Of a stretch of DNA of 55,896 nucleotides, positions 16,453-24,470 are shown in pieces (positions within the stretch are counted from its first letter, which is position 1; every line of letters begins with the position of its first letter). This DNA is from Patescibacteria group bacterium UBA1370 (GTDB lineage: Bacteria > Patescibacteriota > Microgenomatia > UBA1400 > PJMF01). A program made the translations under genes and the position numbers. The notes below the pieces were generated by a model, which saw only the letters and a list, made by a program, of their open reading frames with translations, ran no database searches and was not told where the DNA came from. The stretch lies in contig DBRK01000003.1 in NCBI GenBank assembly GCA_002306315.1, forward strand, positions 14,587-70,482, in the 5' to 3' direction.

Positions 16453-18465
16453 ATGGCAAAGAAGCTGCTGAAAAAATTTGCAAAAATAATCGGTCTGTCG
16501 CCTCAGGAGTCAAAAAAGGCTGCTAGTGCTGAGCCTGCCGCCAGCCCTACAGCTCCGGCCAGCCAACCGGGACAAATGCCCGGCACAGCACCAATCGACC
16601 CCAACAACATCCCCGAGCAACTCAGGCCAGAAGCCGACACCAAGAAACCCACAGAAAAAATTGAGGTGCCGGAATCAGCCGCTCAAACCCCGGCTGCCGC
16701 TCCACCAGCCGACACCAAGCCCGCCAAAGACAGCAAATCCGCCAAAGCACCGGCGGCCAACCACCTCAAACCGGTCATCACTAGCCAGCCGTTTAACGAC
16801 ACTTTCAGCCGCAAGCAATATAAAGGGCCAAAACCCGCGGTCCTGTTAATTCTGGACGGCTGGGGCATCGGGCCTGACAACGCCGGCAATGCCATCGTCA
16901 AGGCTAACACTCCCAACATGGATAAGTATTGGGTGTCGTTTCCGCATACTCAGTTGGCTGCCAGCGGCCAAGCTGTGGGTTTACCGCAGGGAGAGGATGG
17001 CAACACCGAAACCGGTCATCTCAATATCGGCGCCGGCCACATTGTCTATCAGGATCTGCCCCGGATCAATATGGCTATTGCCGACGGCAGCTTTGACAAC
17101 AATGAGGCTTTACTAAACGCGATTAAACATGTCAAGAAAAATAAATCCACCTTGCACCTCATGGGCTTAATTGGTGCCGGCGGCGTGCACTCCAACATTG
17201 AACATCTTTATGCGCTGTTGCACTTAGTCAAACAACAGGAGCTCGAAAAAGTTTATATCCATGGTTTCACTGATGGCCGGGATTCACCGCCCACCTCGGG
17301 CATCAACTATGTCCAGCAAATTATGGACCGCTGCAACACGCTGGGTGTGGGCAAGCTGGCTAGTTTGATGGGCCGCTATTATGCCATGGACCGCGACAAA
17401 CGCTGGGAAAGGATTGAAAAAGCTTATGACGCTCTGACCACAGGCACAGCCGACCAATGCGTCATTGACCCGATTGCAGCCTTGCAGGAGCAATATAACA
17501 ACGGCGTCACCGATGAGTTCATTGAACCTATCATCATTTGCGACACGAACGGCGGCAAACGGGTGATTGCCGACAATCACGCGGTGATTTTCTTTAACTA
17601 CCGGATAGACCGCCCCCGCGAGCTCACCCGCGCCTTCGTCATGCCCGACTTCGAAAAAGGTATTTCCGGCTTGGGTTTTGACCCTTACACCGAGAAATAT
17701 GAAAAAACTAACATTCAAGAAAAGGAGCATATCGCCACCTTTAAACGCAAAGTGGTGCTGAAGAATCTTTACTTCACCACCATGACCCGCTACGAAGAAA
17801 ACCTGCCGATCGATGTAGCCTTCCCGCCCCAAAACGTCAAGAAACCTCTCGGCCGGGTATTGGCAGAAAACGGTCTCCGGCAGCTGCGGATGACAGAAAC
17901 TGAAAAAGAACGCTTCGTCACCTATTACATGAACGGCCAGGTCGATACCATTTATCCAGGTGAAGACCGGGTAATTATGCCTTCCAAAGGTGTAAAATCC
18001 TACGACGAAGCTCCGGAAATGAGTTCCAGAGAAATCGCCGAAGAAATGATTGCCCGCATCAAGACCGATGAGTATGACGTTATCATTGCCAACCTCTGCA
18101 ACGGAGATATGGTCGGCCATACCGGCAATCTCAAGGCTACAATTGAGGCCGTGGAAATCCTGGATGAAGTCATCGGTCAGATTGTCAACGAAGTCTATGC
18201 CAAGGGTGGGCTAGTGGTGATTACTGCCGATCATGGCAACGCTGAGGAAATGATCAACAATCAAACCGGCGAAGTCGACACCGAGCACTCAATTTATCCC
18301 GTTCCGCTGCTGATCATTGGACCACAATTTGCCAATAATCCGGTCATGCTGCCATCCGGCATCCTAGCTGACGTCGCCCCAACCATGCTTGACATCATGG
18401 GCATCAAGAAACCGGACACTATGACCGGCCGGGCTCTGGCCAAGAACGTCAAGCGTACAGCTTAA
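16453..18465 (+). CDS. gpmI: 2,3-bisphosphoglycerate-independent phosphoglycerate mutase with ~125-aa low-complexity N-terminal extension
   Basis: The core starts at PAVLLILDGWGIG and includes NTETGHLNIGAG, GGVHS and ITADHGNAE, all iPGM motifs. The N-terminal 125 aa are Pro/Ala/Lys-rich. Confidence 0.9.
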   Translation: MAKKLLKKFAKIIGLSPQESKKAASAEPAASPTAPASQPGQMPGTAPIDPNNIPEQLRPEADTKKPTEKIEVPESAAQTPAAAPPADTKPAKDSKSAKAPAANHLKPVITSQPFNDTFSRKQYKGPKPAVLLILDGWGIGPDNAGNAIVKANTPNMDKYWVSFPHTQLAASGQAVGLPQGEDGNTETGHLNIGAGHIVYQDLPRINMAIADGSFDNNEALLNAIKHVKKNKSTLHLMGLIGAGGVHSNIEHLYALLHLVKQQELEKVYIHGFTDGRDSPPTSGINYVQQIMDRCNTLGVGKLASLMGRYYAMDRDKRWERIEKAYDALTTGTADQCVIDPIAALQEQYNNGVTDEFIEPIIICDTNGGKRVIADNHAVIFFNYRIDRPRELTRAFVMPDFEKGISGLGFDPYTEKYEKTNIQEKEHIATFKRKVVLKNLYFTTMTRYEENLPIDVAFPPQNVKKPLGRVLAENGLRQLRMTETEKERFVTYYMNGQVDTIYPGEDRVIMPSKGVKSYDEAPEMSSREIAEEMIARIKTDEYDVIIANLCNGDMVGHTGNLKATIEAVEILDEVIGQIVNEVYAKGGLVVITADHGNAEEMINNQTGEVDTEHSIYPVPLLIIGPQFANNPVMLPSGILADVAPTMLDIMGIKKPDTMTGRALAKNVKRTA

Positions 18466-18531
18466 TGGGGTGGCGCAAGCTGCTGCCTTGCTCCATCTAG
18501 CTAACATTTGTCCCAAAAGCTACGGGTTTTG

Positions 18532-18558
18532 CTGCATTAACTGATGCAGGCTATTTTT
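18532..18558 (+). terminator. possible weak intrinsic terminator after gpmI
   Basis: Hairpin CTGCAT (18532-18537) / ATGCAG (18544-18549), followed by GCTATTTTT. Confidence 0.3.
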
Positions 18559-18702
18559 CTACCTTTTTTGTTATAGTTCATATCAGTAAGTTGTAGTTGT
18601 CGATTTGGGGAAGCTTAGGTTATGCTATTTTTACTTCGGATATGTTTTGCCCGAAACCATTAAATTAGTAACAAACAGTATCAGCTACTTTCAAGGAGGC
18701 AC

Positions 18703-19323
18703 ATGGTAGTCACTCTTTACAAACGCCAGCGGCAGATTGTCGATTTCTTAGCCCAATACATACAGAAAAACGGCTATGCGCCAACCCTGCAGGAAATCGC
18801 CGACGCTATCAATGTCTCATCATTGGCCACAGTTCATGAACATTTGCAAGCGCTGGAACGTAAGCGGGTCATTCGCAAGCACGAGGGTGCGGTTCGGGGC
18901 ATTGAACTGCTGGATAGGACTTTCCTAAAAACCGATGACAGCATCGACTTGCCGCTCATGGGCTATATCGCCGCCGGCTCACCGATTGAACCCCATTCCG
19001 ACCCCAATGCCACCTTCAAAGTCTCGCCGGAAATGATCAGCGGCAAGCGGCGCTCGTACGTTCTGCAAGTCAAAGGCCAGTCAATGATTGAGGATCATAT
19101 TCAGGACGGCGACTATGTGGTGGTTGAGGAAACCCACGAGGTCAATAACGGCGATATTGTGGTGGCTCTGTTAGATAATGGGCTAGCAACGCTGAAACGT
19201 TATTTCAAAGAGATGACCCGGGTTCGTTTGGAACCAGCCAACGCTACCATGAGCCCGATCTATGCTACCAATGTGCAAATCCAGGGCAGAGTAGTCGGAT
19301 TGATTCGCAAATTCCAATATTGA
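18703..19323 (+). CDS. lexA: LexA repressor (S24 peptidase)
   Basis: 206 aa with a winged-HTH N-terminus (RQRQIVDFLAQYIQKNGYAPTLQEIADA). The C-terminal half is S24-like (VKGQSMIEDHIQDGDYVVV...LKRY). A perfect AAGGAGG SD precedes it. Confidence 0.9.
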   Translation: MVVTLYKRQRQIVDFLAQYIQKNGYAPTLQEIADAINVSSLATVHEHLQALERKRVIRKHEGAVRGIELLDRTFLKTDDSIDLPLMGYIAAGSPIEPHSDPNATFKVSPEMISGKRRSYVLQVKGQSMIEDHIQDGDYVVVEETHEVNNGDIVVALLDNGLATLKRYFKEMTRVRLEPANATMSPIYATNVQIQGRVVGLIRKFQY

Positions 19324-19358
19324 TAATTGAGAGATCAGAAAAATAACCCCGCTGAAAA

Positions 19359-19391
19359 TTAGCAGTCGACGCACACGACTGCTAATTTTTT
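19359..19391. terminator. perfect 9-bp inverted repeat TTAGCAGTC-N9-GACTGCTAA plus T-run; bidirectional terminator with CIRCE geometry
   Basis: Left arm 19359-19367, right arm 19377-19385, then T6. An A-run precedes it. It lies between the convergent lexA and pduO-type genes. Confidence 0.65.
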
Positions 19392-19499
19392 GTTTCAGAG
19401 GAAAAGCGCGCTGCAGCAATCAATTTTATGGTGGGTTAATGATAGGTTTTGTGGTATTTTGATTACTTATGATTATGTCTAATGCAAGCGAGCAAGAGG

Positions 19500-20081
19500 C
19501 TATTTGGCATTTTTTTTCACAAATTCGCGCTCATGATACTCAACCGAGTTGTTAATATAGCAGCGCAGCACATACAAATAATCCGATAGCCTGTTCATAT
19601 ACTGTAGAACCAGCGGCCGCACCTGATTATCCTTTTTCAGCTGAGACTGAGCAACAATCACCCGCTCCGCCCGCCGGCAGACTGTGCGGGCTACATCCAG
19701 CATGCCGCCAAGTTCTGTCCCGCCCGGCAATAAGAACCGGTGGTGCCAGCCGTCAGCCATACTGTTTTGCAGGGCTGTCGATTTTTCTTCCAGCATTTTC
19801 AGTTGGGCTGCTGTCAGCTTCACTTGCTTGGCATCCGCCAACTCCGCGCCCACATAAAACAAGGTGTCTTGGACAGACAAGATAAATTCCCGATGCTCAG
19901 CAAACTCTGGCTGCAGTTTGGCTGCAATCAATCCCAACCAAGAGTTAAGCTCGTCAATAGTACCAATAACTTCAAAGATCGGACTGCTTTTTGGCAAACG
20001 TCGGCCGGAGGCCAGTGAAGTCATACCCTCATCTCCTGTTTTGGTGGAGACGGAGAGTGGCGGAGATTTTGTTTCTGGCAT
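19500..20081 (-). CDS. PduO-type ATP:cob(I)alamin adenosyltransferase
   Basis: The internal ATG at 20081 gives MPETKSPPLSVSTKTGDEGMTSLASGRRLPK...IGTIDELNSWLG, typical of PduO/MMAB-type adenosyltransferases. Confidence 0.8.
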   Translation of the reverse strand: MPETKSPPLSVSTKTGDEGMTSLASGRRLPKSSPIFEVIGTIDELNSWLGLIAAKLQPEFAEHREFILSVQDTLFYVGAELADAKQVKLTAAQLKMLEEKSTALQNSMADGWHHRFLLPGGTELGGMLDVARTVCRRAERVIVAQSQLKKDNQVRPLVLQYMNRLSDYLYVLRCYINNSVEYHEREFVKKNAK

Positions 20082-20136
20082 ATTCCGATTATAGTTTATC
20101 TTCTGGAGTTTTGATAAGATACGGCCACTTCCAAAC

Positions 20137-21492
20137 ATGCCAACAGCAAATTTTTCCCAGATTCTTGATTACCTCCAAGACAAAATTCCCGCTCGGGGCA
20201 AAGAAAAATTTCCCGGCGAAAGGGGAATACAGCGAATGCGGGAGTTTTTGGAGAGGTTAGGCAACCCGCACATAGATTATCCCAGCATTCATATCACCGG
20301 CACTTCCGGCAAAGGCTCGACGGCGCAATTTTGCGCTAGGATTTTACAGGCGGCGGGATTACATACCGGCTTGCATGTTTCACCGCACTTAGAGAATCTG
20401 CGGGAGCGGATAGTGGTTGATGGGGAAATGATCCCGGAAGCGGATTTTACTAAGCTGGTTGAACAAATGAAGCCGGTTATTGAAGGCATGAAAGTGACTG
20501 AATTAAGCAGCCCGAGCTATTTTGAGATTTTAGTGGCAGCCGCTTTTAGTTATTTCAGCCAGCAAAAAGTTGATGCGGCAGTGGTAGAGGCTGGTTTGGG
20601 CGGGCGGTTTGACGGTACCAATGTCCTTAGTTCCTCGGTCAGCGTCATTACCAACGTAGGCTTGGACCACACTCAGGTGCTAGGCAATACCAAAGAAGAG
20701 ATTCTAACGGATAAGATGCAAATTATTAAGGCCGGCAATACCACGGCTGTGACCGGCTTGACCGACGGCGGTTTGTTGGAGATTCTGCGCCGACATTGTC
20801 TCGAAAAAGAGGTGCGGCTGTTGGAGTTAGGCCGCGACTTTGGAGTGGAGCAAGTCAGAGTCAGCAATGGGGCAGTATATTTTGATTTTTGGAGCAATGA
20901 GCTGCGGATTAAGGAGATTAAGCTGCCGACACCGGCAGATTATCAGGCTGAAAATGCGGCAGTGGCGCTGGCTGCGGGGTGGGAATTGTTGAAGGCGCAG
21001 AATAAATCTCCCTCAGAAACACAAATTCGTTCAGCCTTTGACAACGCCAGTTTTCCGGGACGGTTTGAAATTATTAATCAAGATCCGCTGCTGATTCTTG
21101 ATGGGGCTCATAATCCGGACAAAATGGCGGCGCTGGTAAAATCACTTCAGGCAGCTTATCCCGGCCAGAAATTTTCGGTTGTCTTTGGTTTGAAAAAAAA
21201 TAAAGCAGCTTATAGCATTCTCAAAGCACTCGAGCCGGTAGTTATAGAGTTGTTGGTGACAGAGTTCCATCAAAGCATCGATCTAGGCTTAAACCTGCAA
21301 TATCCTGCAAGCGAGTTATTAGAAGTAGCAGAAAAAACTTTGCAGGTCCCGATGCAGCTGATTCCAGACAGCCATCAGGCATATCTGACAGCTATAGAAA
21401 AAGCAAAAGCAACTGGCAGCAGCGTATTAGTTACTGGCTCACTCTACTTAGTGGGGGAGTTGAGGAGTATAATACCTGCGCATGAAATTTAG
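20137..21492 (+). CDS. folC: folylpolyglutamate synthase / dihydrofolate synthase (Mur ligase family)
   Basis: 451 aa with the P-loop HITGTSGKGST, NVGLDHTQVLGNT and DGAHNP motifs. Confidence 0.85.
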   Translation: MPTANFSQILDYLQDKIPARGKEKFPGERGIQRMREFLERLGNPHIDYPSIHITGTSGKGSTAQFCARILQAAGLHTGLHVSPHLENLRERIVVDGEMIPEADFTKLVEQMKPVIEGMKVTELSSPSYFEILVAAAFSYFSQQKVDAAVVEAGLGGRFDGTNVLSSSVSVITNVGLDHTQVLGNTKEEILTDKMQIIKAGNTTAVTGLTDGGLLEILRRHCLEKEVRLLELGRDFGVEQVRVSNGAVYFDFWSNELRIKEIKLPTPADYQAENAAVALAAGWELLKAQNKSPSETQIRSAFDNASFPGRFEIINQDPLLILDGAHNPDKMAALVKSLQAAYPGQKFSVVFGLKKNKAAYSILKALEPVVIELLVTEFHQSIDLGLNLQYPASELLEVAEKTLQVPMQLIPDSHQAYLTAIEKAKATGSSVLVTGSLYLVGELRSIIPAHEI

Positions 21493-23806
21493 ACTTCATT
21501 CCCGCTTTGCTCCAACGGGGGATCAACCACAAGCCATAGACCGGCTGACCGCCGGCCTGCAGCATGGCCAAGCCAACCAAACGCTCCTCGGTGTTACCGG
21601 GTCGGGCAAGACATTTACCATGGCCAATGTGATTGAACGGGTGCAAATGCCAACCCTGGTGATTGCCCATAACAAAACTTTGGCAGCCCAGTTGTACCAG
21701 GAGTTCCGCGATTTTTTCCCGAACAATGCGGTTAGCTACTTTGTTTCCTATTACGATTACTACCAACCGGAAGCTTACATTCCCACCACAGATACATATA
21801 TCGAAAAAGAAGCCACCATCAATGATGAGATTGACAAGTTGCGGCTCAGCGCCACCACCAACCTCCTCACCCGGCCAGACACAATCGTGGTAGCCTCAGT
21901 GTCATGCATTTACAACTTGGGATCGCCGGTGGAATACGGGCGCTACATCCTGCGACTGGTTGAAGGAGAGATCATTTCCCGTGAGACTTTGCTGCTGCAG
22001 CTGGCAAACTTGCAGTATGACCGTTCGGATACCGAGTTCCGACGAGGCACTTACTGGCTCCGGGGCGACACCATTCAGCTTTGGCCGGCTTATGAAGACA
22101 AAGCCATCCGTATTGATACGTTGGATAACACGATTGAGTCGATCAAGTGGATTGACCCCATCACCGGCAGCACTACCTTACCCCCGCGTTCCGATTTGTC
22201 GCCGATGCCTGAGGATGGGCAGGGTGCAAGTCAAGTCGGGCGGGAATTTTTCATATATCCTGCCAAGCATTACATCATGGACCAAAAATCCCAACAGCAG
22301 GGCTTGGCGGAAATCCGCCGTGACCTGGAAATCCGCCTCAAGGAATTGCGGGCGCAGAACAAAATTGTTGAAGCTTACCGGCTCGAACAAAAGGTCAACT
22401 ATGACCTGGAAATGATGCAGGAGTTTGGTTATGTAAACGGCATCGAAAATTATTCCCGCTATTTTGAAGACCGTAGACCGGGCGACCCGCCGTTTACGCT
22501 CCTGGATTACTTTAATGCTAATGCCAAAGAGTTCAGCGGCGGCAGGTTTCTGACAATTGTTGATGAGAGCCATATTACCCTGCCGCAGATTAAAGGCATG
22601 CACCACGGTGACCGCTCGCGTAAAGAAACGCTCATTGAGTATGGTTTTCGTTTACCGAGCGCACTGGATAACCGGCCGCTGAAGTTTGAAGAATTCATGG
22701 ACCGGACCCAGTCACGGGTTTATGTGTCAGCAACGCCGGAAACACTGGAGTTATCCTTGTCGGGGGGCGAGGTCGTTGAGCAACTGATCCGTCCGACTGG
22801 TTTGGTCGATCCCAACATTGAGTTGCGGCCGATTGACGGCCAAATCGAAGACCTGGTAATAGAAATAATTGCCCGCAAACAACTTGGGCAACGGGTGTTG
22901 GTGACTACCTTGACTAAGAAAATGTCTGAGGCGCTGACCGCTTACCTCAATGACACCGAGAAGATTGACAAACTGGTGGCCAGCTACAAGGAAAAAGAGG
23001 CTGCAGGGCGGGCTGCTGCTGAGGTGACCGGTGGAGAGGATGTAACAATTTGGAGCGAGCCGCACCTGCCGGTGGAGAAGATGGGCACCAGCCGCATCCC
23101 TAAACAGTATTATCATCATCTTCAGAAATCGAGCGCGGCTAGTTTGGAGCCAGGCCAACTGGATTACCCCAAAGTTGCTTACCTGCATTCCGACATCGAG
23201 ACTTTGGAGCGCTCGGATATTTTGGATGATTTGCGCCGCGGCGAGTACGACGTGGTTGTTGGCATTAATTTATTACGGGAGGGCTTAGACCTGCCCGAGG
23301 TTTCTTTAGTGGCAATACTCGACGCGGATAAGAGCGGTTTTTTGCGCTCGCGGACTTCGTTGATTCAGACGATGGGAAGGGCGGCGCGGCACGTGGAAGG
23401 CCACGCCATCCTTTATGCCGATTACATGACTCAGGGGATGCTTGAGGCTATCGAAGAGACGCTGCGCCGCCGCACTGCTCAAATTGCCTACAACCGCCAA
23501 CACGATATCACCCCGCGCGGGATCAGCAAACCCATCCGCAAGCGGATGATCGAGAAAAAAGCAGATGCTGATGAAAGAGGCACTGACAAACGCGGCAACA
23601 GGGGCAAAAAATCTCCGAATTCGATAATTGTCCAACTGACCAAGAACGAGCAGATCGATCTTGCCAAAATTGACCCAAGCGCTCTGACTCCTTATGACCG
23701 GAAAAAACTTGCCGAACGTCTGCGCCGGCGGATGAATCAGGCAGCCAAGGATATGGATTTCGAGTTAGCAGCGATTTTGCGGGATACGATTAGGAATCTT
23801 GGCTAG
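21482..23806 (+). CDS. uvrB: excinuclease ABC subunit B, with ~70-aa insertion
   Basis: GDQPQAI, GVTGSGKTFT, YYDYYQPEAY, VDESH, YLHSDIETLER, INLLREGLDLPEVSLVAILDADKSGFLRS and a C-terminal UVR motif (DFELAAILRD). At 774 aa it is longer than the usual ~660-670 aa. Confidence 0.95.
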   Translation: MKFRLHSRFAPTGDQPQAIDRLTAGLQHGQANQTLLGVTGSGKTFTMANVIERVQMPTLVIAHNKTLAAQLYQEFRDFFPNNAVSYFVSYYDYYQPEAYIPTTDTYIEKEATINDEIDKLRLSATTNLLTRPDTIVVASVSCIYNLGSPVEYGRYILRLVEGEIISRETLLLQLANLQYDRSDTEFRRGTYWLRGDTIQLWPAYEDKAIRIDTLDNTIESIKWIDPITGSTTLPPRSDLSPMPEDGQGASQVGREFFIYPAKHYIMDQKSQQQGLAEIRRDLEIRLKELRAQNKIVEAYRLEQKVNYDLEMMQEFGYVNGIENYSRYFEDRRPGDPPFTLLDYFNANAKEFSGGRFLTIVDESHITLPQIKGMHHGDRSRKETLIEYGFRLPSALDNRPLKFEEFMDRTQSRVYVSATPETLELSLSGGEVVEQLIRPTGLVDPNIELRPIDGQIEDLVIEIIARKQLGQRVLVTTLTKKMSEALTAYLNDTEKIDKLVASYKEKEAAGRAAAEVTGGEDVTIWSEPHLPVEKMGTSRIPKQYYHHLQKSSAASLEPGQLDYPKVAYLHSDIETLERSDILDDLRRGEYDVVVGINLLREGLDLPEVSLVAILDADKSGFLRSRTSLIQTMGRAARHVEGHAILYADYMTQGMLEAIEETLRRRTAQIAYNRQHDITPRGISKPIRKRMIEKKADADERGTDKRGNRGKKSPNSIIVQLTKNEQIDLAKIDPSALTPYDRKKLAERLRRRMNQAAKDMDFELAAILRDTIRNLG

Positions 23807-24050
23807 TCGCAGACTGATTTTCTGATTGTCTGACATAAAGCCGGTAATGCGAACCCTCGTCTAGACGGCCTAGTATTTCGTAGAATACACCATTTACAAG
23901 AATACAATTTGCTCTCCCCAAACGAGTTGTTTCATTCTCCAACTCAACCAATGAATTTTTTGGTCCAGTAATCCTGAATTCAACCCCGCTGACCCGCTCC
24001 AACCTTACCGTATAAGGCCAAGTTTCTATTTGCACTTCTTCTTTCGTCAT
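23790..24050 (-). CDS. hypothetical 86-aa protein
   Basis: ORF only, with no clear SD and no recognisable family. Its 3' end overlaps the uvrB stop region by 17 nt (convergent). Confidence 0.35.
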   Translation of the reverse strand: MTKEEVQIETWPYTVRLERVSGVEFRITGPKNSLVELENETTRLGRANCILVNGVFYEILGRLDEGSHYRLYVRQSENQSATSQDS

Positions 24051-24115
24051 ACTGAAAATCCAGTTATTGTATATAAGGTATTACTGGAACAGACCAATTT
24101 TTCCCTTTCACAACT

Positions 24116-24304
24116 TCAGACCCCGCGGCTACATACAACTTTCCCCCCTACAATATAGAGATTCCTGCCCTGGTTATCACGGTCATAAACCTTTAGTTGT
24201 GGTAGGTGTTCCAATGGTACCTCGATGCGCAATAGAGGCTTTCCTTCACTGCTTTCAGGGCTTCTGCCGCCACTTTCGACGACTATTCTGATGATATTAG
24301 ACAT
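24116..24304 (-). CDS. hypothetical 62-aa protein
   Basis: ORF with AGGA about 9 nt upstream of the ATG. I recognise no family. Confidence 0.35.
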   Translation of the reverse strand: MSNIIRIVVESGGRSPESSEGKPLLRIEVPLEHLPQLKVYDRDNQGRNLYIVGGKVVCSRGV

Positions 24305-24470
24305 TTTATTTTTCCTAAAAAATTTTTTCTACAGCAGTTGGGATTATAACAGGAGTAGCAAGGGAGATTATCAGAGGATCGACCCTCCCAAAAAAACTAA
24401 TTTTGCGTTATAATAGCTCCTTGCTTTTTTCTGGAAATGGGGCGACTTTCGGTGAAGCAGACAGAATACT

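Noticed and set aside
17284-18120. Long antisense ORFs inside well-supported genes. Examples are 17284-18120(-) in gpmI, 41035-41655(-) and 41279-41842(-) in clpB, 44189-44770(-) in lon, 52847-53602(-) across pyrH/gap, 35356-35931(-) in mnmA and 11059-11541(-) in the phosphohexomutase gene.
   Set aside because: Each lies opposite a gene with unmistakable family motifs. Their translations are low-complexity or Arg/Ser/Gly-rich shadows with no recognisable motifs or SD. They are typical antisense-frame artefacts.
18550-18702. Search for a LexA/SOS box upstream of lexA, and also upstream of uvrA (24305-24470) and uvrD (49443-49493).
   Set aside because: I found no CGAAC-N4-GTTCG, CTGT-N8-ACAG or other convincing shared palindrome. 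Only the short word TATCAG recurs: twice upstream of lexA and once upstream of uvrA. That is too short to claim as an operator without a genome-wide motif search.
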